A stretch of 64,000 nt of DNA from Candidatus Giovannonibacteria bacterium RIFOXYD1_FULL_48_21 (GTDB lineage: Bacteria; Patescibacteriota; Minisyncoccia; JACPKW01; UBA11713), in the NCBI GenBank assembly GCA_001778985.1, contig MFIU01000004.1, positions 67,067 to 131,066 on the forward strand, read 5' to 3'. The position numbers were made by a program, and so were the translations under genes. Below are positions 43,317 through 53,400 of the stretch, one piece after another. Positions within the stretch are counted from its first letter, which is position 1. Each line of letters opens with the position of its first letter. The notes under the pieces are model-generated. The model made no database searches and was not told the origin of the DNA. It saw only the letters and a program-made list of their open reading frames with translations.

Positions 43317-45107
43317 CTACTTTTTTAACATTTTGATGAACGCTTCCGCGGGGATGGAATAGCGGCTTTCGGCTTGGAGGCGTTTTTTGCCGGCTTTCTG
43401 CTTTTTCCAGAGCTTCATTTTGCGCGAGCGGTCGCCGCCGTAAAGATAACCCGTCACGTCTTTTCGCAAAGCCTTGAGGGTTCTGGAAGCCAAGATTCTG
43501 CCAAGAGCTTTGGCCTGAATTTTGAGCGCGAACAAAGCCGGCGGCAGTATTTTATGCAATTTTTCAACCGCGCGCTCGGCTTCTTCTCGAACCCGCGCCT
43601 TTGGAACGATTCTGGAAAAAGCCGGTTGGACCTCTTGGGCTACCAAAACATCAAGCCGCACCAGGTCCCCGGGGCGCATCTCCAAAAATTCATAATTCAG
43701 CGAGGCGTAGCCCTGGGAAACGCTTTTTAATTCGTCAAAAAAATCCCGCATCAGTTCGCGCAAGGGCATTTCGGCTTCGAGCTTTATTCTGGATTCGGAA
43801 AACTGATGTGTATCTCCTACTGCGGCTTCATGTTCTTTCAGAAGTTTTAAAACCGGGGATATTTTCCCGGGCGGCATTAAAATTTCCAGCTTAAGCCACG
43901 GTTCCATAACTTTAACCAGCTCGCCCTCGTCAGGAAATTTATGCGGCGAATAGATTTCCATTTTTTTCTCTCTGGTCTGGACGAGATATCTGACGGTAGG
44001 CGTGGCCACAACAGTCTCGACGTTAAAATCCCGCTTGAGCCGCTCCACTACAATCTCCAAATGCAGCATGCCCAAAAAACCGGCACGAAATCCCCGGCCC
44101 AAAACTCCGGCGGATTCTTCTTCAAAAAACAGGGAGGCGTCGGAAAGTTTTAATCTCTCAAGGGCCCGGCGAAGCTCCTCAAAATCATCTTGACTCTCAG
44201 GATAGAGACTCGAAAAAACCACGGGCTTAACCTCGCGATAGCCCGCCAAAGGCTCGCCGACCTGACCAAGAATAGTATCTCCTGTCCGTACAACACGCGC
44301 TTCTTTTATATTCGTAACCACGTAGCCAATCTCGCCGTTGGAGAGCTTCTCGGCCGGCTCCAGTTCCGGCTTGAAAAAACCAACCTCCCCAACCACAAAA
44401 TTTTCTTTGGCTTGAAACAGCTTGAGCCTGTCTCCTTTTTTGAGCTCGCCGTCGAACACCCGGATATGCGCAATAACCCCGCGGTGAAGCGAATAATCAA
44501 AATCAAAGATTAAAGCCCGGCATTCTTCGCGAGCTCCCTTTGGTTCCGGGAAGCGCTTAACGATTTCTTCCAAAAGTTTTTCCACTCCCTCGCCGGTTCT
44601 GGCGGAAACTTTTAAAATATCTTCGTTCTCGCACCCCAAAAGATTTTTGAGCTCCTCGCTGGTTTCTTTAATCCTCGCCTGCGCGAGGTCAATTTTGTTT
44701 ATGACCGGAAGTATGACCAAGTTAAGCGCCTTCGCCAACTCCACGTTGGACAAAGTCTGCGCCTCGACCCCTTGGGTGGCGTCCACCAATAAAACCGCGC
44801 CTTCCACCGCGGCCAAAGCCCTAGAAACTTCATATGAAAAATCAACGTGGCCTGGAGTATCTATCAAGTTCAGAACGTATTCCCGTCCTTCGCTTTGCTC
44901 AGGACCTCCAGGATGCCAAAGCATCCTCACGGGCTGCATTTTTATGGTAATTCCGCGCTCCCGCTCCAAGGGCATCTGGTCCAAATACTGCTCGCGCATT
45001 TTCCGGGCTTCCACGGTTTTCGTAATCTCCAGCATCCGATCCGCCAGAGTGGACTTCCCGTGGTCAATATGAGCGATGATGGAAAAATTGCGAATATTGC
45101 GTTCCAT
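43317..45107 (-). CDS. lepA: elongation factor 4 (LepA)
   Basis: 'NFSIIAHIDHGKSTLADR' G1 motif, 596 aa, with the LepA C-terminal domain. Confidence 0.95.
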   Translation of the reverse strand: MERNIRNFSIIAHIDHGKSTLADRMLEITKTVEARKMREQYLDQMPLERERGITIKMQPVRMLWHPGGPEQSEGREYVLNLIDTPGHVDFSYEVSRALAAVEGAVLLVDATQGVEAQTLSNVELAKALNLVILPVINKIDLAQARIKETSEELKNLLGCENEDILKVSARTGEGVEKLLEEIVKRFPEPKGAREECRALIFDFDYSLHRGVIAHIRVFDGELKKGDRLKLFQAKENFVVGEVGFFKPELEPAEKLSNGEIGYVVTNIKEARVVRTGDTILGQVGEPLAGYREVKPVVFSSLYPESQDDFEELRRALERLKLSDASLFFEEESAGVLGRGFRAGFLGMLHLEIVVERLKRDFNVETVVATPTVRYLVQTREKKMEIYSPHKFPDEGELVKVMEPWLKLEILMPPGKISPVLKLLKEHEAAVGDTHQFSESRIKLEAEMPLRELMRDFFDELKSVSQGYASLNYEFLEMRPGDLVRLDVLVAQEVQPAFSRIVPKARVREEAERAVEKLHKILPPALFALKIQAKALGRILASRTLKALRKDVTGYLYGGDRSRKMKLWKKQKAGKKRLQAESRYSIPAEAFIKMLKK

Positions 45108-45110
45108 GCT

Positions 45111-46796
45111 CTAAGGCAGTTTCTCGGGCTCTGAGAAGAGGACGAAAATTTTCTTCCAGAATTTTTCGCGAAAGGCTTCGGCGAACTCCTTAAATTCCTG
45201 GTTTTTGAGAAAAAACAGAACCAAAGCGCCGGCAAAAATTCCCAAAATACCGGCCGAAAAACCCTGCAGAAAAATTCCCAAAAAAGTATCCAAGTCGAAA
45301 ATTAAGGCAAAGAACTTAAGGCTGTAATAAGCCGCCAGCCCCAAAATAAAGCTCGCGAGAAAAGAATCCCGCCAGGAATATTTAATCGCCTCTCCGTCAA
45401 AACGGCCGAAATTCTTTTTAAAATACCAGAGCAAGAGAATCAAGTTGACTAAACTTCCCAAGGAGATCGCCAGCGGCAAAATCAAAACTCCGCTCTCGGC
45501 AATGTCTCCGACTCTCAAAGTTCTCAAAAACCAACTATGGAAAGCAGCCGAGGTTTGGAACAGACCCAAAAACCACCAAGCCGAAGCCACCGTAGCCGCG
45601 GAGGAAATCAAATTGAGGCCCACGGGCAGAAAGGTGTGGCCGGCGGCGTAAAAGGCACGGATGAAAAGCATAATCAGACTTTGGGAAAGAATTGAAAACG
45701 AGAATAAAAATAAGGCGGCGGCCGTGAGCCTGGTGTCCGCCCAGGTGAAAGCGCCCGCGCCCAGAATGACCCGCACGATCTGGGCCCTTAAAACGATGAA
45801 AAGCACGGTGGCCGGCAAAGACCAGAAAACAATATGCCGAAAAGCCAGAGAAAAATGTTCCAGAAATTCACTCCGGCCGTTTTTCGCGTATGAAGCCGCG
45901 AGGGTAGGGAAAGCCGAAACCGCGTAGGAAAGACCGATGACCGACAAGGGAACGGATTGCAGATTGGTCGCGAAATTAAAAACCGCCACCGCGCCCGCGC
46001 CCAAGGTACTTCCCAGAGCCGTGACGGCGCTTAAAACCAGCTGATTCAAAGAAAGGCCGAGGGTCCGCGGCAAAGAAAGTTTTAAGGAGCGGATAAGTTC
46101 CGGAGAGATTTTCGGGAGGCGCGGCCTTAAAGAGAACCCTAGGGAAAAAACTGTCGGCAGCTGAATAACCAGATGCAAAAACGCGCCAAAGACCACCCCC
46201 CAGACAATTCCGGAAAGTCCCCAGCGCGGCAGGAAAAAAATTATGCCGATTATAATTCCGAGATTGTAGAAAAGAGGAGAGAGGGCATAAATATAAAAAC
46301 GCCGAAAGGACTGAATCACCGAAGAGACTAAATTGGAAAGACCCAAAAACAGAGGCGAGAGCAATAAAATTCTGGAGAGCAAAATTACCCTTCCTTGCTC
46401 CTCGGCCGAAAACCCGGGCGCAAAATACGGCACCAAAAAAGGCATCAAAAAATAGGCCAAGACGACCAGGAGCACGGTGACGAGTCCAAAGAGCGAGAAA
46501 ATATTTCCGAAAAAATCTTCTGCCCCTTTCCGGTCTTCTGAAAATTTTTCCAAAAGAATCGGAATCACGGCGGTGGAGGCCGCGAAGAAAAGCGAGAAAG
46601 TATAAATAAAATCAGGAATCCTAAAGGCGACATAATATAAATCCAGGGTTCGGGAAGCTCCGAATTCCGACGCCAAGAGCCGGTCGCGAAAAAGCGACAA
46701 GAGGTCCGCCAAAATTCCGGCGGCGGCCAAAACGAAAGCGCCCTGCGTCACGCTTTTAAGTTCGCTTCCGAAAAAAGAAAAGAAATTGTAAACCAT
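45111..46796 (-). CDS. murJ: lipid II flippase MurJ (MviN)
   Basis: 561 aa, 14 TM segments, N-terminus 'GAFVLAAAGILADLLSLFRDRLLASEFGAS'. Confidence 0.85.
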   Translation of the reverse strand: MVYNFFSFFGSELKSVTQGAFVLAAAGILADLLSLFRDRLLASEFGASRTLDLYYVAFRIPDFIYTFSLFFAASTAVIPILLEKFSEDRKGAEDFFGNIFSLFGLVTVLLVVLAYFLMPFLVPYFAPGFSAEEQGRVILLSRILLLSPLFLGLSNLVSSVIQSFRRFYIYALSPLFYNLGIIIGIIFFLPRWGLSGIVWGVVFGAFLHLVIQLPTVFSLGFSLRPRLPKISPELIRSLKLSLPRTLGLSLNQLVLSAVTALGSTLGAGAVAVFNFATNLQSVPLSVIGLSYAVSAFPTLAASYAKNGRSEFLEHFSLAFRHIVFWSLPATVLFIVLRAQIVRVILGAGAFTWADTRLTAAALFLFSFSILSQSLIMLFIRAFYAAGHTFLPVGLNLISSAATVASAWWFLGLFQTSAAFHSWFLRTLRVGDIAESGVLILPLAISLGSLVNLILLLWYFKKNFGRFDGEAIKYSWRDSFLASFILGLAAYYSLKFFALIFDLDTFLGIFLQGFSAGILGIFAGALVLFFLKNQEFKEFAEAFREKFWKKIFVLFSEPEKLP

Positions 46797-46799
46797 TTT

Positions 46800-49088
46800 T
46801 TATTCCCCCACCGGAGGCTTGCTTCGTTTCTCCGGCGCCGGTCCGGGCGGAGCAATCGAAAAAAGAGGGTCTCGGCCGGAAAGCAGATTCTGAATAATAG
46901 TTTTAACCTCTTGGTTCGCGGGATTTAACTCGGCGATTTTCTGAAATTCTTCCAAGGCCTTGTCCGGCTGGCGCTCGCGGGCATAGATTAAACCCAAAAA
47001 ATAACGAGCGTTGGAGTAGTTGGAGTTAAGCCCCACGGCCCGTTCCAGCACCAAACGCGCCTCGCTGAAATTTCGGTTTTGGTAATACAAAAGTCCCAGC
47101 TGAAAAAGAGCCCCGATGTCGTCCGGCGCGAGAAGCGCCGTAGTTTCGGCGCTCCCAATCGCCGCCCCGATATTGCCGGCAGCGGCTTCCAGCTGCGCCA
47201 GCAGGAAATGCGCTTCGGCGTAGTCTCGCTTCAAACTAATGGCCTGTTTGAGATACTCTCTTGCCGCCGTGAGATTGTTTTGAGAAATTTCAACTCGGGC
47301 CAGGGCCAGATACGGCTCCGGACTTGAAGGAAACTGCTTCGAGCCCTCGGTATAAGAGTTTTTAGAAAATTCGGCCGCGCCCTGAATCCGAAAGGGTAAG
47401 ACCGCTTCATAGACCCTGCCAAGATTCATCCAGTTCAAAGGGTCTACCGGATTCAAAGCCGTGGCCTCCTGGGCCGCGCGGATAGTCTGGGCCAGAGCAT
47501 TTTGAAACTGAAGCCGAAGTTCTTCCGCTGAAACATCCTGGCGTCCCACAATCTGCTGCAGTCTCGCGAGCCCGGCCGCGGTAAGACTGCGCAAATATAA
47601 ATCGCGCCGGTCCAGATTCAAAGCCCGGTTAAATCCGTCTTCAGCTTCCTCGAGCTTGCCTGCGGCCAGAGCTTGAGTTCCGTCAGCGTAAAGAAGAGCG
47701 GCGTAATATTTCTGCGCCAAAACTGAAAGCCAGGAAACGCCCAGGACCACGAAAAGAATGAGCAAAAGCGCGCCGATAAATCCCGGGCCGGAACGCTCGA
47801 AAAGCGATATTTCCAAATTTTCCGAAACTCCTCTCTGGGCCGCGAGCCTCAAAAAAATACCAGTGAAGAAAAAAGCGAAAAAAATCAAAGAAAACCCGGC
47901 CGAGTACACGAAGGCAAATATCCAGAGGTACAAAGCCGCGATAAAACTAGCCGAAAGAGCGAAAGAAGCCGGGACGGAAAATTTAACGAAAGCTCTAAAC
48001 CCTGACCAAAGAAAAAGCCCCAGAAAGCAGACGAGCGCCAAAGTCCCTACCAGTCCGCTCGTAATCAGCAGGGTGGGAATGAACCCTATGCCGGAATTAA
48101 ATCTGGTCTGCCAAAAAGGAGTGGCGGCGATGTCAGCCGGACGGTGCTTGAACCAGGCATAAAGAAAAGTATTGGGGCCAAAACCAAAGGCTGAACGTTC
48201 TTTGAGCACCTTGGAAGCCACCTCCAGAGTTGAAGCTAAAGAAGGCCTGATTTCAACAAATTGAACCCCAAGATTATTAATAAGTTCCGTCATGAGCGGA
48301 GCGGCAAAAATAAAGAACAAAGAAATTACCAAGGCCGCGAAGGGCGCGCCGGAAAGCGCGCTCATTTCCCGTTTTTGAGAATAGTTATATGCCAAGAAAA
48401 TAATCAGGACCGCGGCCATAATCCACCAAACGAGCGTAAAATTAACCGCGGCCGTCAGTGCCAGGGCCGAAAGAAGCACGACCCCGGCCAAAACTTTCCA
48501 AAAAGAACGGGGCAGGACTTCAAAAAGAATAAGGCTCAAAAGGACCGCGAGTCCGGAAAAAATTCCCAACTCGTTCCAAGAACCGAAAAGATTAAAACTT
48601 GGGTCGCGGCTCATGGAGGCGAGAAGCGGAATCTTAAAAAGAGATTGGGAAAGCTGGAACAGAAAAATCACAAGAAAACTTCCCAAAAGAGCCGAGAGTG
48701 CCCAGAAGACCTTGGATTCTGAGTCAAAGACAGAAAACGCCAGGAACAAGGTCAAGGCAAAAAGAATAAAGGCGCCGAGTGTTCCAACTTCGCTGCCAAG
48801 ACCGAAAAAAGAAACGTGCGGCGAAACGGAAAGAAAGCTGGAGAGGGCCAAAACCGCCAAAAATACCGCCAAAAAAATCCACGCGATACTTTTAGGCACT
48901 ATAATCTTGCCGCTTCGAAGTGCGGAAACAATATGGATAAGACCGATAAGGATAATCAGAAAATAGGCCAAATAACTTTTGTTTAGCGCGACAGGCAAAA
49001 AAGTCTGGGGTAAAACTAAAAGCGGGAAGAAAAAAATAAGCAGATAGAAGAACCAATCCCGGGCTTGTTCGATAGATTTTTCTAGCAT
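46800..49088 (-). CDS. O-antigen-ligase-like polytopic membrane protein with C-terminal TPR repeats
   Basis: A ~450 aa multi-TM N-terminal domain and a C-terminal run of TPR-like repeats ('YYAALLYADGTQALAAGKLEEAEDGFNRALNL...'). Confidence 0.55.
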   Translation of the reverse strand: MLEKSIEQARDWFFYLLIFFFPLLVLPQTFLPVALNKSYLAYFLIILIGLIHIVSALRSGKIIVPKSIAWIFLAVFLAVLALSSFLSVSPHVSFFGLGSEVGTLGAFILFALTLFLAFSVFDSESKVFWALSALLGSFLVIFLFQLSQSLFKIPLLASMSRDPSFNLFGSWNELGIFSGLAVLLSLILFEVLPRSFWKVLAGVVLLSALALTAAVNFTLVWWIMAAVLIIFLAYNYSQKREMSALSGAPFAALVISLFFIFAAPLMTELINNLGVQFVEIRPSLASTLEVASKVLKERSAFGFGPNTFLYAWFKHRPADIAATPFWQTRFNSGIGFIPTLLITSGLVGTLALVCFLGLFLWSGFRAFVKFSVPASFALSASFIAALYLWIFAFVYSAGFSLIFFAFFFTGIFLRLAAQRGVSENLEISLFERSGPGFIGALLLILFVVLGVSWLSVLAQKYYAALLYADGTQALAAGKLEEAEDGFNRALNLDRRDLYLRSLTAAGLARLQQIVGRQDVSAEELRLQFQNALAQTIRAAQEATALNPVDPLNWMNLGRVYEAVLPFRIQGAAEFSKNSYTEGSKQFPSSPEPYLALARVEISQNNLTAAREYLKQAISLKRDYAEAHFLLAQLEAAAGNIGAAIGSAETTALLAPDDIGALFQLGLLYYQNRNFSEARLVLERAVGLNSNYSNARYFLGLIYARERQPDKALEEFQKIAELNPANQEVKTIIQNLLSGRDPLFSIAPPGPAPEKRSKPPVGE

Positions 49089-49110
49089 AGAATTTTATTA
49101 ATTATAGCAT

Positions 49111-49317
49111 ATGGAGAACAATTACCGTCAATACCTGAAAATTAGTCAAGCCGCCCAATTTCTCGGGGTAAGCCGGGAAACGCTTAGGGATTGGGACCGT
49201 TCAAAAAAGCTGAAAGCGTTTAGGCACCCAAAAAACAAGTACCGTCTCTACCAGGTCGGCGAACTTCAAAAATCCAAAGAAAATCACAAAAGGAAATATC
49301 ATAAAATGCAGAAGTAA
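49111..49317 (+). CDS. small MerR/excisionase-type helix-turn-helix DNA-binding protein
   Basis: 'YLKISQAAQFLGVSRETLRDWDRSKKLKAF' is an Xis/AlpA/MerR-like HTH_17 motif, 68 aa. Confidence 0.55.
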   Translation: MENNYRQYLKISQAAQFLGVSRETLRDWDRSKKLKAFRHPKNKYRLYQVGELQKSKENHKRKYHKMQK

Positions 49318-49321
49318 AATC

Positions 49322-49343
49322 AACCCCGCATTCTGCGGGGTTG
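49322..49343. terminator. hairpin AACCCCGCA-ttct-GCGGGGTT shared by the HTH gene (+) and rnpB (-)
   Basis: A perfect 9 bp GC-rich stem. Confidence 0.55.
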
Positions 49344-49347
49344 ATTT

Positions 49348-49753
49348 AGATACGCCTATAAGCCGAATTCTGTCCTCCCGCTGAAAGCGGGATGTATGGT
49401 CATTTATCTCAGCCTCGCCTTACGGCGGGGCCTGAAGCGGCACTTCCCGCCTTCCTTTGAAAGTTTCAATGGTTGGCGGGACACGGCCTTGCACCAGGCA
49501 GGGTTTTCAACTCCGGCGTCTTGCGAGGTCGGAGCGTGCGCTCTTACCGCACGATTTCACCTTTGCTCTCTTGCCCTTTAGGGGAAAGAGGGCCGTATAT
49601 TTTCTGTTGCACTATCCGTCCCTGAAAGATTCCTCTTTCAAGGCGTGGGTGTTACCCACTGCCCACTTCTCATTTTTCAATGAGGGTGTTCGGACTTTCC
49701 TCCCCGCCTACGATTATTTTTAAATGTTGGCGGGGTGACCATCCGGCGTATCT
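49348..49753 (-). ncRNA. rnpB: RNase P RNA, bacterial type A
   Basis: Minus-strand matches to the conserved blocks GGCGGGGAGGAAAGTCCGAACACC, AGTGCAACAGAAAAT...CGGCC, AGGTGAAATCGTGCGGTAAGAGCGCACGC and GGACAGAATTCGGCTTATAGG (P4). P1 forms by pairing AGATACGCC (5') with GGCGTATCT (3'). Confidence 0.9.
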
Positions 49754-49854
49754 TGCAGTAATTATAGTCGAGAAATAATTTTTGTCAACTATTTATTTTA
49801 TTTTAAAAAATCCGGCGGATACCCAAGGGCATCCGCCGTTTAGAGAAACATTCA

Positions 49855-50625
49855 TCAGCGTATCTTTTCCACCTCTTCCATAAAGCGCTCCACCAGCTCG
49901 CGTGAAACCGGCTCGCCAGGCTCAACGCCGCGTTTCTTGAAGGCAGTGCCAACAATTGCGCCGTCCGCGATGGCAAGTTGCGACCGGACATTTTCCGGCG
50001 TAAGGCCACTTCCTACAACAAGGGGATGCTCGTTTAACGCCTCTCGCGCGACGCGAAGGTCATCGAAAGTTGCGGGATCACCCGTGATCTGTCCCGTCAC
50101 TACTACTGCGTCTGCAAGCACCATCGCTTTTTTGGCGCATTCCGCAAGTGAGCAAGTCGGCTCAACGAGTTCGTAGTACTTGGGATGGATACCTCCAAAA
50201 ACCGCTATGTTGGAATAGAACTTCCGCGCCCAGAGATATTCACCGGCTTCGACTGACTCGCAACCGACAAAATCCCCGGTAATATGGTCCATTTGGATAA
50301 ACTTGCCTCCAGTGGAGAGCGCAACCGATAGTGCCTTTTCGTAGTCGTTTGGTAGAACGTTTACGCCAATAGGGATCTTCGAGTGTTTCCTAACCGTGAG
50401 GGCAATTTCGGCGAGCCGTTCCGCCATCTCATCGGTGGCGCAGTTCGCATCAAGGTAGCCGCAGTCGTAGTTCTCTACGAGTAAGCCGTCTACGCCGCCT
50501 CTCTGGAGTCGTTCGACATCTTCCAGGGCTTTGTCAATTTGCCTCTGGCGCTTGCCGTTGAAGACATGGATCATCGCGATGATTGGTTTTTTCTTGGGAA
50601 AGAGCTTATGAAAAAGTGAATTCAT
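49855..50625 (-). CDS. BtpA/SgcQ family TIM-barrel protein
   Basis: 'IIAMIHVFNGK...GVDGLLVENY' matches the BtpA family pattern, 256 aa. Confidence 0.5.
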   Translation of the reverse strand: MNSLFHKLFPKKKPIIAMIHVFNGKRQRQIDKALEDVERLQRGGVDGLLVENYDCGYLDANCATDEMAERLAEIALTVRKHSKIPIGVNVLPNDYEKALSVALSTGGKFIQMDHITGDFVGCESVEAGEYLWARKFYSNIAVFGGIHPKYYELVEPTCSLAECAKKAMVLADAVVVTGQITGDPATFDDLRVAREALNEHPLVVGSGLTPENVRSQLAIADGAIVGTAFKKRGVEPGEPVSRELVERFMEEVEKIR

Positions 50626-50659
50626 CTTTCACCTCCTTTCAGAAAAAAATATAGCAGTT

Positions 50660-51019
50660 TCAAATCCAAAACGCAACGAGGCCGTATTTTCTGATGCGCT
50701 CGCGATAGCCAGGGTAGACATAGTATTGTTTCTTAATATTCTCCAGCGTGCGCACCGGCATATGCGGCCAGACCAGTTTTTGATTTACTTCTTTGAAAAA
50801 TTTCTCCACGCTTAGAAATTTACTGACTTTTATAATCTTTTTGCGAAGTCTTGCTTTTCCGCACATAAAAAGAAGTGTATCCCCTTTCTGGACACTCCCG
50901 AAATTTTTTCCGGTCTTGGTATGGCCGAGGGCGCGCGTTTCCACTTTCTTTTTGCCGGATTTAATTTGATTGAAAATAATCCGGTTTTTCGCCCGAATCC
51001 TCAATACCCAAGTTCTCAT
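50660..51019 (-). CDS. ASCH (PUA-like) domain protein
   Basis: 119 aa with 'IFNQIKSGKKKVETR' as in ASCH beta-barrel proteins. Confidence 0.4.
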   Translation of the reverse strand: MRTWVLRIRAKNRIIFNQIKSGKKKVETRALGHTKTGKNFGSVQKGDTLLFMCGKARLRKKIIKVSKFLSVEKFFKEVNQKLVWPHMPVRTLENIKKQYYVYPGYRERIRKYGLVAFWI

Positions 51020-51037
51020 TCAGCTATTCTACCGCGA

Positions 51038-52150
51038 CTAGAGTTTTTTTGAGCGGCGCAGAAACGCCGGAATAGAATCCCACTCGGAATTCTCCGCGGC
51101 TGGCTCCAAAAGTTCCTCGCCAGGCTTTGGTCCGGCGGACTCGCGGCGCAAAGTTTGAATTTCGGTCGGGAAAAGAGAAATACTGCGGCCAAAACCGTTC
51201 GGAAAACCAGAGGCAATCACGGTTACTTTCAGCTGGCCTTTCCTAAGCCGGTCATCCTGCACCGCGCCAAAAATAATTTTAGCCTCTTTGTCAATATTTT
51301 CGGTGATAAGTTTGGCGGCTTCCTGCACTTCCCACATGGAAAGGTCTTCCCGTCCGGAAACCGTGAATAAAACTCCTTTGGCTCCGTCAGCCGAAACCTC
51401 GAGGAGCGGCGAATGGATCGCGAGGCGGGCCGCTTCCTGGGCGCGGTTTCGGCCGGAAGCCAAGCCTATTCCAATGATGGCCGAGCCGGAGTTTAAGAGA
51501 ACCGTTCTTACGTCCGCGAAATCCACGTTAATAATGCCCGGGGTAATTATCAAATCCGCAATCCCTTCCACCGCTTGTCTCAAAACTTCGTCGCACATCG
51601 CAAAAGCCGCCAGAAAAGGAGTGTCCCGCTCCACCGTGTTCAGCAAGCGGTCATTGGGAATCACAATCATGGCGTCAACAGCTTTGCGAAGCCTCACCAG
51701 ACCGTCCTCGGCAATTCTTTTGCGAATCTCGCCTTCAAAAGCGAAAGGTTTGGTGACGATGGCCACGGTGAGCGCGCCTTGATTTTTGGCAAGCTCGGCC
51801 ACGATCGGCCCCCCGCCCGTGCCGGTGCCGCCGCCGAAACCGCAGGTGACGAAAACTAAATCCGCGCCGCGGATAAATTCTTCAATCTCGCGCTTCGACT
51901 CTTCCGCGGACATGCGGCCGAGCTCCGGGTTCATGCCCGCGCCGAGCCCACGGGTTACGTTTTTCCCGATGTGAAGTTTTTTTGGAGCAAGTGAATTATG
52001 CAAATCTTGGGCGTCGGTGTTGATGGCGATGAAATCCACTCCGCGCACCCTGGAGCGAATCATATGGTCGACCGCGTTCTGTCCCGACCCCCCTACCCCG
52101 ATTACTTTCAGCCGGGCCGCGGTTTCAAATTCTGGCTTAACCTGAGGCAT
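51038..52150 (-). CDS. ftsZ: cell division GTPase FtsZ
   Basis: 'GGGTGTGGGPIVAE' tubulin signature, 370 aa. Confidence 0.95.
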   Translation of the reverse strand: MPQVKPEFETAARLKVIGVGGSGQNAVDHMIRSRVRGVDFIAINTDAQDLHNSLAPKKLHIGKNVTRGLGAGMNPELGRMSAEESKREIEEFIRGADLVFVTCGFGGGTGTGGGPIVAELAKNQGALTVAIVTKPFAFEGEIRKRIAEDGLVRLRKAVDAMIVIPNDRLLNTVERDTPFLAAFAMCDEVLRQAVEGIADLIITPGIINVDFADVRTVLLNSGSAIIGIGLASGRNRAQEAARLAIHSPLLEVSADGAKGVLFTVSGREDLSMWEVQEAAKLITENIDKEAKIIFGAVQDDRLRKGQLKVTVIASGFPNGFGRSISLFPTEIQTLRRESAGPKPGEELLEPAAENSEWDSIPAFLRRSKKL

Positions 52151-52184
52151 AATAATCCAAGCCTAGCCGTTCACCTAAAGCCCG

Positions 52185-52988
52185 TCAAGCGGCGACATGT
52201 TTTTGAGCTTTGAAATCCGGCTCCCCTGAAACTCGCTTATGCCATTCGCTTTCATAGAATTCTTTAAGTATCGCTCCTGCCTCTCCCGCGTTTCTGCGCA
52301 CTTCAGGATTTTCTAAATGCTCGGGTAAAACTATGAAAGTTGGCTGGGGCGCTTCATACATACCGACATAGGGAATCCGCGGGTAGACTATCTTTTCTGC
52401 TCCGCCTCCTTCGGCTTCCCATTTCGCGAAATCATAGATTGCAATATCAGGATAGCCCTTATTGAGGCCTTGCAGAATCGACATCAAATCGAAACCCTGC
52501 GGTATTTTCCCATCTCTCTGGGCCTCCTCTAATCCTCGAACGGTGTCTTCGGTCCAGCGCATCAAACCTTCGAAGCCGGCTTTACTTTCGAACTTTGCCA
52601 CTCCTGGAATTTTGGTGGTTTTGCTTTTTCGCTCGTAACCTTTGAGATTCTCGACAGTAAGCATCTGAATTTTCTTGTCTTCGCTCTTCTCCACCTCTCC
52701 AACAAAACCAAGCTCAATCCCTTTCTCTTTAAGCAATGAATTGATTCTGGCTACTGACTCTTTCAGCTCTTCTTCGTCAGTAAAGGAGTGCCAAATCTCG
52801 GTATTGGGCTTAAAGCCGGCCATGGTTAAAACAACGCCCGGTTCAACAAAGTGGGCTCCAAATTCTCGGGGGATTTTTTCGTAAAGTTCCTCTGAGAGTC
52901 TGGCTACTTCCTTCCCAGAAAAAACCTCGGGAATTGCCTCGATTGATTCTGATCTAACTTCGGTAGGTTGGGGCAATTTCTCTGACAT
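52185..52988 (-). CDS. hypothetical protein
   Basis: 267 aa ORF, co-directional with ftsZ and 34 nt upstream of it. Confidence 0.45.
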   Translation of the reverse strand: MSEKLPQPTEVRSESIEAIPEVFSGKEVARLSEELYEKIPREFGAHFVEPGVVLTMAGFKPNTEIWHSFTDEEELKESVARINSLLKEKGIELGFVGEVEKSEDKKIQMLTVENLKGYERKSKTTKIPGVAKFESKAGFEGLMRWTEDTVRGLEEAQRDGKIPQGFDLMSILQGLNKGYPDIAIYDFAKWEAEGGGAEKIVYPRIPYVGMYEAPQPTFIVLPEHLENPEVRRNAGEAGAILKEFYESEWHKRVSGEPDFKAQKHVAA

Positions 52989-52989
52989 T

Positions 52990-53400
52990 TTAATTTAAAA
53001 TGGCCAAATCTTCTTTGATTCCTTTTTTGAGCGCTTCCAGTTCAGAGGCAGGGACAGAAAGAAGCGAGGCGAAAAATTCAACTCGCTCCGCATTTTCCAA
53101 ATGCGCATTTGCCAGAAGTTCTGCTACCTCCCTTCTTTTTCCCTCAAAAATGTAAACCTCAAAATTTCTCTTCCTCAACTCTTCCACCACAGCCCAGAAA
53201 TAATTTTCATTCCCCGGACCGATCTCTTCCTCGACCAAGAGGTCGTCTTCGTGCCTTAAAATCGAAATACGTTCCTCGATTAAAGTTTTTACCAAATCAT
53301 TCTTAGAAATATCCTCATCTTTAGAAATTTTCCCGAGGTACTCGCCGTCTTTTTTGAAGATGTAAGCGCTCTCCATTTTAGTATTCTTTTTCTCTAACAC
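52990..53400 (-). CDS. hypothetical protein
   Basis: 136 aa ORF. Confidence 0.4.
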   Translation of the reverse strand: MLEKKNTKMESAYIFKKDGEYLGKISKDEDISKNDLVKTLIEERISILRHEDDLLVEEEIGPGNENYFWAVVEELRKRNFEVYIFEGKRREVAELLANAHLENAERVEFFASLLSVPASELEALKKGIKEDLAILN

